A DNA stretch of 62,661 bases, the filler included, from Circinaria calcarea (lineage: Eukaryota), in NCBI GenBank assembly GCA_051942165.1. It is 3 parts of 3 records of this genome, joined end to end, with 100 filler letters (N's around TTAATTAATTAA, not from the genome) between each part and the next. Parts side by side here need not be neighbours in the genome. Positions count along the whole stretch, not along the records: positions 20,952 to 41,794 come from JAVECS010000161.1; 2 more parts are not named here. The stretch is one strand, 5' to 3'. The translations under genes and the position numbers were made by a program. This document shows positions 21,921-34,318 of this stretch, one piece after another (position 1 is the first letter of the stretch; every line of letters starts with the position of its first letter). The notes under the pieces are model-generated. The model ran no database searches and was not told where the DNA came from. It saw nothing but the letters and a program-made list of their open reading frames with translations.

Positions 21921-22891
21921 TCATACTTTCCGAAAGTCTAGCAGCATTAGCAGAGGTGTGCGAACGTAACAGATGAGAAGCTTACCAGAAAGCACAGGAT
22001 AGATAAGCTCGAAAGCCTGGTAGATTTCCTCGCGCACCTTGGCGCCCGTCAACACAATCTTGCCACTAACGAAGATCAAAAGCACAATCTTCGGCTTGAT
22101 CATTCGATAGATTAGACCAGGGAACAACTCCGGCTCGTACGAGCTGAAGTGGTGATGACGGCTTGCTAGGCCTTCCAAGCGAATAGGAAACTTGATGTCG
22201 CAAGAGCCAACGATATTCTGGATTTTGAAATCCGTGAATTTGGCGTTGAACCCGAGCTTCTGGATGATCCTAGCATATTTTCTTGATGCCAACTTGGAGT
22301 CATCTTCAGACTTTGCACCTGTCACAACCATCTTACCAGAAGCGAAGATTAGGGCGGTCGTCTTAGGCTCGCGTATGCGCATAATGACAGCTGCAAAACG
22401 CTAGAAAAATCACTTAGCATCTCATAATGTTATGAAAGATCTGCTCGAATCAGTACCTTGGGATTATACTCTGCATTTCGCGCATGTAGAGCAATCGTCT
22501 TCAAGTCTAATCGGCAATCGAGGTTGACTGTTGCGACGATGTTTCTTAAGAAGCAGGCTGTTAAGCCTCGTGAAACTCAGACGAGGCGACGGGACTATAC
22601 TCACTGCAAAGTAGGCACAATCCCACTCACACCCGTCTGTGCGGCACCAGGAGTCGCAGCAGGAGTTGTAGGAGCCGTCCCGTTCCCTTGAGAAGCGGCG
22701 TTCCCTCCTTGTTGCTGCTGGCCGTTCACATATCCGTTCGTCTGACTGGAGCTACCATTTGCCAGTGGATTCCCATCTTTTTCAGAAGGCGGCGTAATGT
22801 CTCCTACCCCACCAGGGAAAGACAGCGAGGAAGATGAAGTGAAGGCTTTGGCCTGGTTTGCAGTGGACGGATGTGTAGTGAGTGTATCCAT
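21921..22891 (-). CDS. SPT15: TATA-binding protein, 4 exons (22891-22605, 22544-22457, 22400-21986, 21937-21921)
   Basis: [87 protein letters not shown]; three GT-AG introns. Confidence 0.99.
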
Positions 22892-24312
22892 GCTGAGCGT
22901 AGAGTGACGTTGAATACCGTCGACCGAGTTACACAGCGAACGTGTCTATCTGATCGAGCGCAGTTGGTTTGGATAGTCTGCAGCACGGTATCTTGTCAGG
23001 TCAACAATGTTATGATATTGTGAGCGACAGTTCTGTCAACAAAGCGTATCTAGCGGTGTGTGAATGACGGTAAAGGTAGGGTGTTGCGCACCAAGCAAAT
23101 GACCGTACCGCAAGTGGGAGATGAACAAGCGAATGCCTCCCCTACAGTAGCTATCCTACGAGACACTTTCTATTCTCCTCCGTGTTGACGTCAAAAAGCT
23201 GTCGCAACTTCGGGGATCAATGACCGATCACTTCTATCTAGCCTTCGGTAGCTAGGAGTGATACTGAGAAGTGTTATTGGAGGTTTGCGGTGAGGTAAGT
23301 TGAGAAGGGTGTTGTTGGCGCAAAACGAAAAGTCGCTAAATTCAAATCGGAAGGACCGTGGTATTATTCAAAGTTGTCGCGAGAATGAAAAGGACAGATG
23401 CCTATCGATGCCCGAATGGTATGAGACGGTAACAGAGAAGAGGTTGTGGCTACTCTTCAGAACAGGTTGTGGTGAGGTTGACGGTGGGATTGTCGTCAAC
23501 TCGATTTTGGCGCTAAAAGATTCTGAAAAATGTGGGAGGTCGTGGCTGCTTATATAGTACTGACTCCCCCCGGTCGCAAGGCTGAAAGGGAGAGTGAATT
23601 TGCCCATGGCGCCAACGCCGCTATAGCACGGACATGGGCTAGAGACTCTGTGCTTCACGCTAATTCGGATGCAGGCAGATCAGAGCCAATCGTGAGCGGG
23701 AACGGACCACACCAAATTGAAGCCTTAGATCCCATTCGCCGCTTTGTCTGCAATTTCATCTTTGAACAAAACTTTTCCGGATCCGAATCCCTCCTTCCTG
23801 CCACATCTCGTTGCGAGTTACCGAGTACAGCAATGGGATATGTTCTGGCGGGTCAAACGTCGCCAGATACGTCGGCAGCACACTTGATAGGAGGAGTACA
23901 AGCTGATCATCATATGTGAATAAAGTAACAGTGGTTTGTGGCACATACATGGATGGACGGCCGCATGTGACAGCTCGGAGCCATTCCCGACTGCCTTGTC
24001 TACTGAGTATGAGAAGGACGCTTTGGTTATACACGAACACCTCGGCGTCAATGTTGTCGAGGGGGAGTCTGATCTACTGAATAATCAACTAATAGATTCT
24101 ATGATCCTGAAGTTGGCAGACTTGAGAAATCGGTATATGACATAAACGTTGCTACTTTGGGGAATTCAATTGGTTCTGATTCTAGACTCGCTCGATGACC
24201 ATGAGATGATGAGAGCGCGGTTGAGAATTATATGAATCAGCAAAAGGCACATTGTCATTCCGGAGATTCCGTCTGAGCCTACATGTAGGCCAATGGATAT
24301 CTGACAGAATGG

Positions 24313-25435
24313 CTATCCAAATCTGGCGCGTGCCAGTTCTACCAGACCTTTCATCGTAGCTTCCTCCTTCTCCTTGTAATGCTTCACCCTCTCCTCTCGC
24401 TCCATTGCCCTCGCTCTCTGAACCTCCTCCCTTCTTATTTCCCTCTCATTTTTCTTTCGTTCCAACTCCTTCCGTTGCTTTTTGAATCCCTCAATGCCTC
24501 CATCATCGCCTAGGAGATCGCTCTCTGGAATCTCTGCGACACCTCCAGCTTCAGTCTTGGCCGACGCAAACGCACGATTTCCATCTGCCTTCTCTCGCTT
24601 CTTCTCGAGCATACGCTCTTTAGTACCTGGTCCAGCGCGTGGAGCAAGTTCTTCAATGTGGTCTTTCTGTTGCTTTCGATGGGTAGCGCGCTCATTGCGT
24701 AGCGCCTCGTGTGCTAAGATGGAGGCTTCGGCGGCAAGCTCTATAAATTATATTTCAGTTATAGCATTCCCAGGAGGTTTTCAACCAGGTAAGAGCGTTG
24801 GGCGTAGCCTAAATAAATAACGACGTACCCTGCTGTATTTCAAGGTCTTGCAGATCAGGTATTGTAGGTCCTGACCGGAATGGCTTTGATTGAAGGAGAT
24901 GACGACGATCATCATCTGGGAGTGATGGCCCAATGGTATCGTCGCTACTGTCTACACGGGCCTCATTGTCTTGTTGTACGCTGTCATACGTCGGTGACTC
25001 CCGCCGACGTCTTACTTTCGGGATGAGGTGTAAGGAGCTCGTTGCAGATTCAAGCGCTTTCTGAAGTGTTGCTGGGTCGTACCATCCTTCAGCAAGTTCT
25101 CCACGGTTCCTCACAGATGTCAGCGCAAGGACTTTTGATTCTAGAGAAGCTTTTTGCAAATGGAAATAACGATGACTTTCAACATACCATTTTCCCACAA
25201 AGCTCTTCCATCTCCCCCTCACCTCACTCTCTGATAGATCATCTAGAACCAGTTGTTTCTGGACATCCAGGTAGAAAGCAAACATCAGTTTGTATGTAGA
25301 GAAGTCATGTATGCTGATTGGGGCGGCGCCGAGAGGTAGCGGGACTTGAGGAGGAGGGGAACGTTTGCGCTTCCTATGGTGATGCTCGTGCTTATGGGTA
25401 GGAGGAGAGCGTGAACGACGTCGGGTAGTAGGCAT
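24313..25435 (-). CDS. Conserved RS/charged nuclear protein (SCI1-like N-terminal domain), 3 exons
   Basis: Introns 25110-25187 (GAG acceptor) and 24741-24828. Motifs FAFYLDVQKQL.LDDLSE.EVRGRWKSFVGKWNRGELAEGWYDP and IEELAPRAGPGTKERMLEKKREK. Confidence 0.8.
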
Positions 25436-25761
25436 TGCACGATGTATGATGCTGTAAATGGACAGTAAGGCGAAGACACTTTGTGGTCCTGGAAGCTACG
25501 ATCGAGCTGCAATAGAGCCGGAATCTCGGCGGCAATTCGAAATAGGGAACTCAGCCCTATCAAACCTCTTTCCGGGGCGATACCAATGTCAGCTACTTTT
25601 TAAAGCTGGGAGATTGAAGGTGGAATACCTGTGACTTATCCATTGTGATATTGCTTGTTGACTGAGCTTGGCATGTCCTGTCTCTTTGTTCTTGTTAAGA
25701 CTTAATTACATATTGCTCTCGGCAACTGCGTCCTTGACAAATAAATCAATCCGATCTTTAT

Positions 25762-26799
25762 ATGAGCCAACGCCAGTCCTCTGCGGAGCAGCGAAAGATA
25801 GGTCTCAAACCTTTTAAGATCAAAAAGTACCAGTGCGTTTACTTATATTCTGCGGTTAAATGGTTAGAGTAAACTGAACGGTCCCAGACCGAAGAGATCC
25901 AGCCCCAACAGCTCTTTGCCAAGCCACAGCAAATCTCTGCCAGCCAAGCCAACAACCTTTCGTAAAGGCCTTTGGATAATTGGGGGCTTGGCAGTATATT
26001 CATTCACTGCGTACGGCGTTTACCTTTATTCTGCGTTGAACCGCGTGTCTAATGACCCCCAAAAATTGATCGTCCCGGAAGATGTGTCAGACCGATATAA
26101 CAAGCTGGCAAAAGACTTTGACAACCATGTCAACTTGCACGAGAAGCTTATGGGGTTGGGCTGGCTCCGGCAGAGCTTGGCGAAGAGAGCTTCGGGGCAT
26201 GTCTTGGAGGTGAGCGTGGGGACCGGAAGAAACGCACAGTATTACAATCTCAAGGCTTGTAAGAGCATCACTATGATTGACCAGAGTCCGGAGATGGTGG
26301 AGATTGCTAGGAAGAGATTTAATGGTATGATACTTGTCTTACCCTGGCGTGAAGATTGAAGATAGTTGCATGCCAGTATGCAATTGAATTACTAATCTTT
26401 TATCTCACAGAGATTCACCCAAAGTATGGGACCTGCAGGTTTGTTACACAGTCCGCTCACGACGACATACCATGTCCATCGCCTTCTGGCTTCCATACCA
26501 TCCTACAGACGATGGGGCTTTGTTCAATTCCGAACCCGTCAGGGCTTCTAGCGCACCTCGGCTCCATGGTCAATCCTGATGAAGGTCAGATATTACTGCT
26601 TGAGCACGGGCGAAGCCACTACGCGTGGCTCAACCGGGTCCTGGACAGCACAGCGCCTGCACATGCGGACAAATATGGTTGCTGGTGGAACCGTGACATT
26701 GGAAGAATTGTGGAAGATAGTGGGCTTGAGGTGACTAAGATTCAAAGGTATCACTTTGGTACCACCTGGTGGGTAGAATTGAAGCCGAAGAAGAAATGA
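25762..26799 (+). CDS. OMS1: OMS1-like SAM-dependent methyltransferase, 3 exons
   Basis: Introns 25833-25887 and 26325-26410. One N-terminal TM helix; motif I VLEVSVGTGRN; QTMGLCS; LLLEHGRSHY.WLN..LD..A..HA..YGCWWNRDI. Confidence 0.8.
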
Positions 26800-28609
26800 T
26801 TGCCTCTCCATCAGTCGAGGGATACCTCCCAGGCTGCAACCTGCCATTGGTTCCACGCTACTGATTCTCAACATCAGCTAGGAGTCGAGTGGGGACAGAT
26901 GAGATATTGCAGCCTAATCCTCAAATGTCTGATTTGACACTCCGGAACTCTTGATAAGTAGCGGTGAGTCTAGGCAGATATAACGTTCCAGAGCAGTTAA
27001 ATCAAACCTCCATTCAAGCACCGCGATTTGAGAATAGGCCCTTCCGGTAAAAACCGTACAGCATTCCCATATCGAGCAAATGAGACAGGGGAATTCGAGC
27101 CTAAAAGGTAGTTTGTGCGCATAGCTACTTTACTCCTTATGAAGCTCCCTTGGACCGTTGATACTCTTTACTAAACCGTGGCCATCGGTTTCCCAGTGCT
27201 CCGCGGTTCTTCTGAAGACTACTCCGTACTCAGAGAAATCTACGGAGCCACGAGGCGTAGCGGATAAAGGATCGAGGCATCAGTGGGCTGAAAGCGCTTC
27301 GAGAACAAACCAAAGTCGATGAAGGACGACGGCTAGCTTGGTATCTATGACAGCAAAGCTTTCCGCGGGTTTGGCCGCGTCTCGGATAGCTCTAGCTCTA
27401 ATTGGACCGAAGCTCAAACAGGCCTAGCGGGCAGCCTTGCTTTTTCATCTCTTACCCTGTTCGTCATGAGATCACAATCCTTCAGGATCGTTGGTGGACA
27501 GGAAAGTGACCTGTGATGCTCGAAGAACCCTCGTTTGCTGTTCTTTGCAGCGTGCCTGGTAACAGAGTGTCCCTGGTGAATATCGTGTTCGTCAATGGAA
27601 AAGTGCCCTTTTCACTGCATCGAATGGAACGATCCGAGATGCGCCAGCCGTTACACAACCGCATAAAGGGTTCTAAGATTGACATCACAGGGGTTTAATC
27701 GGGTTAGCCGTGTCTCTGTTCCCTTGGAGACTTGGGTCCTGTAAAATCTCATTCCCAGGCAGCCAAAAGTTGGGTTCGGGAAACTTTATGCGCGAGGCCT
27801 TTCTGGGTCCAGTCAAACTGGAGAGGTCTTGGCCCCGTCTCCCTTGCAACTGCTCATGTATTCACTGTCGCAGTTGCCGGGCACGCAAGTGGTTTCTGTT
27901 TGGCCCGTGGTGATTGTGACGGTTACTGGTTAGCCAGCCTTCGCCTCCTAATTTTCTCTGCCATCGGTTTATTATTACGTCCTTGATAATCGTACTGATT
28001 CTTTATCCCCCCTAACCATCTCGACCCCTTCTTTTCTCCTTCTAACCCGTGTCCTTTTGGCGCCCTCGGCAGGCAGCAGTACGGAATATCCCTCTCCATC
28101 TGGGAAAGCCATTGCCACTCTACGGTAGTACTCTGGTCCATGTGAGTCTCGTCCTCACTCCAACGTTCGGTCTTTGTTAGCCTCTGGACTGTGGGACTGG
28201 TCGTATTTGATGCTGTCGCACCACGGCCCTAACCCGTCTGTTTTATGCGCACGGTTGAGCTTCCATCTCGCCATTCGACGCTACTCGCGTCGTTGCCCGC
28301 CTTTGCCCACACCCACACCACCCCCAAAAAAAACCCCGTCAGCCCAGTCGCCTCTCCGGACAGCCAATCACGACCCCGGACGGTGTCATCGGCATCTGCC
28401 ATCCTGCATTCCAACGCACCTCCTTATTCTCGCTCGGCCAATAGGATCCACCGCACTGTCTGACTCGCATTCTTGCCTTTTCTCGCCCAAACAACAAATT
28501 AAGCATCACCATCACTCCTGTCTCTGCGACAGCCTGATTCTTTCGTCGTGGCCCACATTCCGTCGTCGTATATACCGTGTCAGCTATCGAAAGCAATATC
28601 ATCTCCGCC

Positions 28610-30058
28610 ATGCCATATAACACTCGCCGTAAATCGCTCTCCCTGCCTGCTCTGGGCATCCAGCTGCCGAATGGCTCACGCGCTCACCGCCCTTCGCCGC
28701 CAAAGTCCTCCGCCGCCAGCGAAGCCCATCCGCCTCCAGCAAAGAAAGTCAAACGCTCACATACATCATCGACACCGTCGCCTACTTCACCATCGCGATC
28801 GAGATCATCAACTACGGCCTCTACCAAAACGGTCTCGTTCGTGGAGCGGCCCAAAAGCAGTGGTCGAAATGCATACGAGCACACGCCTCCGCCTTCGCCC
28901 GGCGCAGAGGAGGATGCGAAAGTTGATACGGAGGGAATCAACGACGATATTGTAGTTGGTGTGATCGAGCAGCTGGAGAAAACCGGGAATCGGCCACATC
29001 TGGTCAAGGAGCTGGCCGCGGTACTCTCGAATGTGAACGATGCAGTTGCAGGGTAGGTCGACTTGCTAGACCTGGCTTGATCGTTGCTCCTTGTGGAAGT
29101 GGTCATATACTTATGTTGTTGCAGTTCTGCCAACCCTGCTGCCCTCCTTTCGTCTCGTCTGGCCGCCTACATGCGACGTTCTACCTGGACTCCACTTTGT
29201 CCATGTCCAATTGGAAAAGAGCTGATCCCCGTTCATCCACGTAAAGTGTACTACTTCTTGACGACAATAAAACGCCAAGAAATGCCCATTGGCTCTTCTG
29301 GCATTCTATCCATACCGTCGGTCGGCGTCGTAGGTAGTGGTGGTAAAGGGGGTAAGAGGATAATATCCCCAAGTCTCAGTAACGCCAGTATCGATGAGGA
29401 TGTGGAAGGTATCGAAGATCGAAAACGTGCAGCTATGAGTCCGAGTCCAGAGGTCGATTTATCAGATCCCGATTTAGGTGCCACTGTACCCGGTGCGGAC
29501 GACGAATTCACTCCTTCAACGCCTGCAGGGTCATCTTTCTCCGCTCGCTCAAGTTTGGCGCGAGATGGTAGCTGCGGGGGCTCATCCGAGCCCATCAACC
29601 TCGCACACAACCATCGAGGTGCCACCCCACCTCTCGAAGGCGATGAAAAAGAATTCACGCAAACAGCTAGTAGCATGCGGATGAGGGGAATGAGCTTGGA
29701 TGACTCTACTATCAGACAGTCAAAGGAAGTTGAGATTGCCATTACAGGAATCCAAACCGATATGCATCTGGACGAAACCGAAGAGGAAAAGGTGAAAAGG
29801 AACAGCGAGGTTGCCGCAGCCCTTTTTGGTGGCCATCACCACCAAGCGCAAGAAATTCCGCTGGCACTGATGAGCAGCCCGCTCGTGAAACCTCTGCACG
29901 CTACCATTGCCAATCAGTTTGGAAAGGAGAATATTGACATTGAGATGGGAGAGACCGCATCGATATTGGGAGATCAAGGGCTTGGTTCCAGCTGGGATAT
30001 CAAAAAGCCGGAGAACGTGGATCTGGACGAACTGGATGCTTTGTTGGGTGGTTTCTAA
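28610..30058 (+). CDS. GDS1-like winged-helix domain protein, 2 exons
   Basis: MPYNTRRKSLSLP start; DDIVVGVIEQLEKTGNRPHLVKELAAVL..SANPAALLSSRL..YMRR..PIGKELIPVHPRKVYYFL; intron 29053-29124; acidic C-terminus PENVDLDELDALLGGF. Confidence 0.8.
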
Positions 30059-30836
30059 GTGAAACATGGGAAAAGGGCCGGCCACCCTATTGCCATTCCG
30101 TACTTCGCTCTCTGGGCTTTAGAAACAAGAGTTTGGAAGACTGTATATACATCTCTCCGCTTCAATCACCTGCTGGCGCTCCTCGCAGAATCTGTATTAG
30201 TAGCCAAGCTTAGCTTTACCATGATGCAAAGTATATCGGCATCCTATCTCTCAACCACGGACTCATTGTGAACAGTGTCGTATTTAACCCTACCCCGGAT
30301 CCAGGTCCAGGTTCGGTGTGGGAAGAATGACACTTTTGGTGGTGTACGGGGGGTTCCGCTTATATCTCTCTGCATCCTCCTTGGTATTGGCTGTATCTAG
30401 TGCTGTATGTCAACGTATAGGTTTTGCAGGAGATTGATTGGAATGCTGTGACTGGTCGATGGAGGCTTCCTGCCCATACAGGGATGCTGTGCGCTCCTTG
30501 TGTAGTATCATGCCCTACTTCGCTTGTGTTACTTGGAGCCCAAAGGCTTTGAAAACCCCGCACGGACGCGGGCGCTACGGAGGACGCCCTGTTTTCCTCC
30601 GACGTCAAGTTCGACGCCCTTCTCTCTCTTCTTCTTCATCCATACCCATACCGAGAAGATTATCCACCTGGAGTCTCTATCCCCAAGGAACGAGGATTCA
30701 TTCGCTGCCCTATTCGTGACCCTTGCGCCCGTACATCACTTATCCGTACTACCACCGTCGCTCATTCATCTCGCGCATCTCTGATCTTTCGTTGCTTGCG
30801 CAAGCTTCCAGCGGGAAAAGTGAAAACCCTTCCAAA

Positions 30837-32689
30837 ATGGCATTGGACGTGTCATCCACCCGTCTCTATCTTGGTAACCTGCCACGCGATGGTGAGCCTT
30901 CCTGATCCTAGAGACCTTCTTGCGCGGATATTCTGTGCCTCGTACCGAAGAACGTTGCGCGGTTCTGGCGCAGCAATGTGATGTTCACCGCTGGTCCTGA
31001 TGGAGATATACTGGCCGCTGTGGACCCATGTGGAGAATGGACTCTTTCCAGTGCCTTGGTTCTAGAGCTCTCGGATGAACGCTGACCTTCAACCACCTGT
31101 TGCAGTCACCAAGGAAGATATCCAGGAGCACTTCAAGTCCCATGGTACTGGCAATATCACCGAGGTCAAGCTTATGAATGGCTTCGGCTTCATTGAATAT
31201 GATGATGCCATGGACGCGAGGGACGTCGTTCCAGGTAAGCTGAGACTCGCCAAGTGCCAATCGATCGCTTGCTAAGATCCAAACAGCCTTCCGTAAGTTG
31301 GATGCTTCACTATAGTTTGTCGAGGAGCTATCTAATACCCCAGGGTCGTCAAGACGGGTCAGATCTCAAGGGCAGTCGCCTGACCGTTCAGTTTGCGCGT
31401 GGCTCACGTCCTCGTGAAAACTATCCCGCGCCCGACCGTACCCATCCGCGCCCAAGACGCACCGCATTTCGTATGCAACTTCAAGGACTCGCAGAGGGCA
31501 CCAGCTGGCAGGTTAGCTAAGTTCTCCAAATACTCTTTGGTTTCGGGATCTGGACAACTCTCTTGGGCCTACTAGATTTGTGTATTCCTTGTGGCCTACT
31601 ACCCTATGTGACTCCTTTGTTTGGCCTACACATATTTGAACTACAGGCCACTCGTTCTCAAGGGCCTTTGGGCCATTTTTGGCCATGGAGCTGTCTAGTG
31701 TCCTCCTCTGGCTGCAGATCTTACGAAGCGGGCCAGGCCACGAGCCTCTGTGCATTGCATAGTGGCTCACGCCTTGTTCTATGCTTTCTAGCTCTGCCTT
31801 TTCAACCCTCGAGGGGATTTCCGTTCTCATCATCCTTTCTGCTATCTTTCCGTGTGCAAAGCCTTCTCACTTCTCAAAGGAATGGAGCTTCACACTACAT
31901 GACGCTTGTTGCACGTTATCTGCCGGTCTTGGAACATGCATTACTTGGCTTGCCAACTGGAACTGGACTCGGACTTACTTGGGCCTCATAGGATCTCAAA
32001 GACTTCGCCCGTCGATCCGGTCTCGATGTGGTCTACTCCGAAGTAGGTCGTGAGCGCGACGGAAAAGGGTAAGGCTAATAATACTTGTCTTTATATAGAC
32101 TATTGCTGATGATGACCAAACCAGTTTTGTTGAATTTGAAACTGCCGCAGACCTCAAAACGGCCGTCGAAAAGCTTGACAATCAAGATTTCAAGGGCGCC
32201 AACGTCCACTGCATTGCAGATGTATGTTTTGTTCACCTGAAAGTGGCTCTCTGATCACTGACCTATCTGAAAACTCAGCAACAAGATGAAGTACCTCGTG
32301 ATCGTTACCGCTCTAGGTCTCCATCTCGCCGCGGAGGCTATGGTGGACCCCCAACCGACGGCTACTATGACCACCGCCGCGGCCCACCAGCTCGTGGGTA
32401 TAGTCCCCGTCGTGATGACTATCGCCACCGTTCCCCTGCTCCTCGTGGCCATAGCGATTACTATGAACGTGAACGCTATCGTTCCCCTCCCCGTGGAGTG
32501 CGTGGTCCCCCTATTGAAGATGGCTACCCACCTGCTCGTGGTGGTTACCGTGGAGATCCATACGTCGCACCACCTCCTCGCCGTTACGACGAACCTTACG
32601 CGAACGGCTACGATCCTCCACCTAGAGCTAGGACACCACCGAGAGATTATGGAGCTTACGGGGATAGACCCCGTCCACGCTACTGGTAG
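30837..32689 (+). CDS. srp2: SR-family pre-mRNA splicing factor (Srp2/SRSF4-5-6-like, two RRMs + RS/RG tail), 7 exons
   Basis: Exons 30837-30891, 31106-31234, 31287-31292, 31354-31511, 31992-32068, 32125-32221 and 32279-32689. RRM1 RLYLGNL..GFGFIEY; pseudo-RRM signature TSWQDLKDFAR; tail RYRSRSPSRRGGY. Confidence 0.92.
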
Positions 32690-34318
32690 ATCATCCTCGT
32701 TCATTTTGTGCTGGCTATCCTATGAGGAGTCATGCGTTTTTTCCCCCGTGGACGTTGCTTATTCATTTAGATCTCCGACTTGCCCCTTCCTTCTCATTTA
32801 CCGACATGAGTGCGTTCATCAGGTGATGGTGGAGGACTGGGAGTTATGTGGATATTTTGGTTGGCCAAAATTCCGTCTTTGGAAGGATCCAGATGCAAAT
32901 ATTGGCGGTAGTCCACTGCGATTGATCTTCTTTTTGCCTTGTGCGTTTGGCTGCTGGAGGAAACCTTTGACAAGAAGTAAACGGATGCTCTGCCTATCTT
33001 GTCATGCGTGTGGCGATCACATCCGGTGACATTGAGAGAAACAAGTTTTACGGAATTGAAAAATGGTCTGTACACGAAATAAATTGACGTAGCGCGAGGG
33101 GTCAGTCTAATATTGAAGCAATGAAGTAACCGAACACTATAATCTACGTTCCATGTGAACCATGTTTGGTTTCTTGCCTAGGCTAAATAATCTCCAACCG
33201 TTATCTTTTCGATGAAGGGCGGGGGTTCTCCAGCAGATGTGGATTTCTTTTCTTGATTCTGACCGTCCAGGTTCTGATGGACATAGGCCGCCGCCTACAG
33301 TTTGTACGTTCCAATTCTTCCCACCTTCCCGATGCATGCAATAGTCTGGTGCGGTGTCGTGGATTCTGAAAACCTTGCGCATCGGTAAGGTGGGCCCTTT
33401 TTCGTTGCTCTTTTTCTCCTCCCCTTTTCTCGGCTCTTTTGACACTGGAGAAGAGCTAGAAAATGGGATGGGGATAGGGATTTTTGGTGTTGGGAAGGAT
33501 GTATCACGCTCGGAGCGTTTTATGGGAAGGAGGTGGGGTTTTTAAAGGCTTTGGGTTTGGGCAAGGATGAGGTTGGGATGGTGGGTGGGTGGGAGAGCGG
33601 CCTTGAAAGGAGAGAAGGGAAGGGACGGAATGAAGTTGGGATCAGGGGTAGGGGGGAGGTCGTTGGTGATTAGGTGGTATTGGAGAGAGGGTTAGGAGAG
33701 TGTGGAGTTGTGAGTACGTGAAGTTGATGGGTCTGCGTGTCTTTGCTTTGAGATTCTAAATAAAAGCAGTATAACCAATATTCAATTGGCCATGACGGAC
33801 CCGTAATGCATAGAGAGTTCAAATGCATTGGATGTAGATAGGTCCGAATGTTACAAGCATGGTGTGTTTTTCCTATAAGCCTTTTCTAGAGTAGTAAGAT
33901 TCAGAGTCCGCTCGCTCTCCGTTTTGAGATTGGAGACCGCTAAAGAGAAAAGATTAAACCGTCCATCTGCCACAGCTCTAGGGCTGCCACTGCCTGAAGT
34001 TGTGACTTGTTTCGTATGATAATGGTAATGTGATCCACGACTCAAGCCTTACGAGGTAGTCAGTCATATGGATCATGGAGAGCCGCGGACCTTCAAGGTC
34101 GCGCTAGTTTCGCAAGGCTGCTAGCGCTCGTCAAACGAGGTTCCGCGATTAATAGTACAGTAAAGCCCAAGCACTCCGTACCTCTATATTCCACTGCCCG
34201 GTCAGATTCACCGAATATACCCGCAGCTCTTCACCCAAATTCACCTCCTCCCTACTCCTCGGCTGAATCGCTAAAATACTCCTCCAGCGGGGTGAGTTCA
34301 AATGGTTGCGTATCCTAG

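Noticed and set aside
32286..33029. 247-aa plus-strand ORF
   Set aside because: It is an alternative frame over the repetitive RS/RG tail and 3' UTR of the SR gene.
33137..34070. Minus-strand segment with splice-like signals divergent from NOT1
   Set aside because: No combination I tried gave a coherent stop-free protein; left unannotated.
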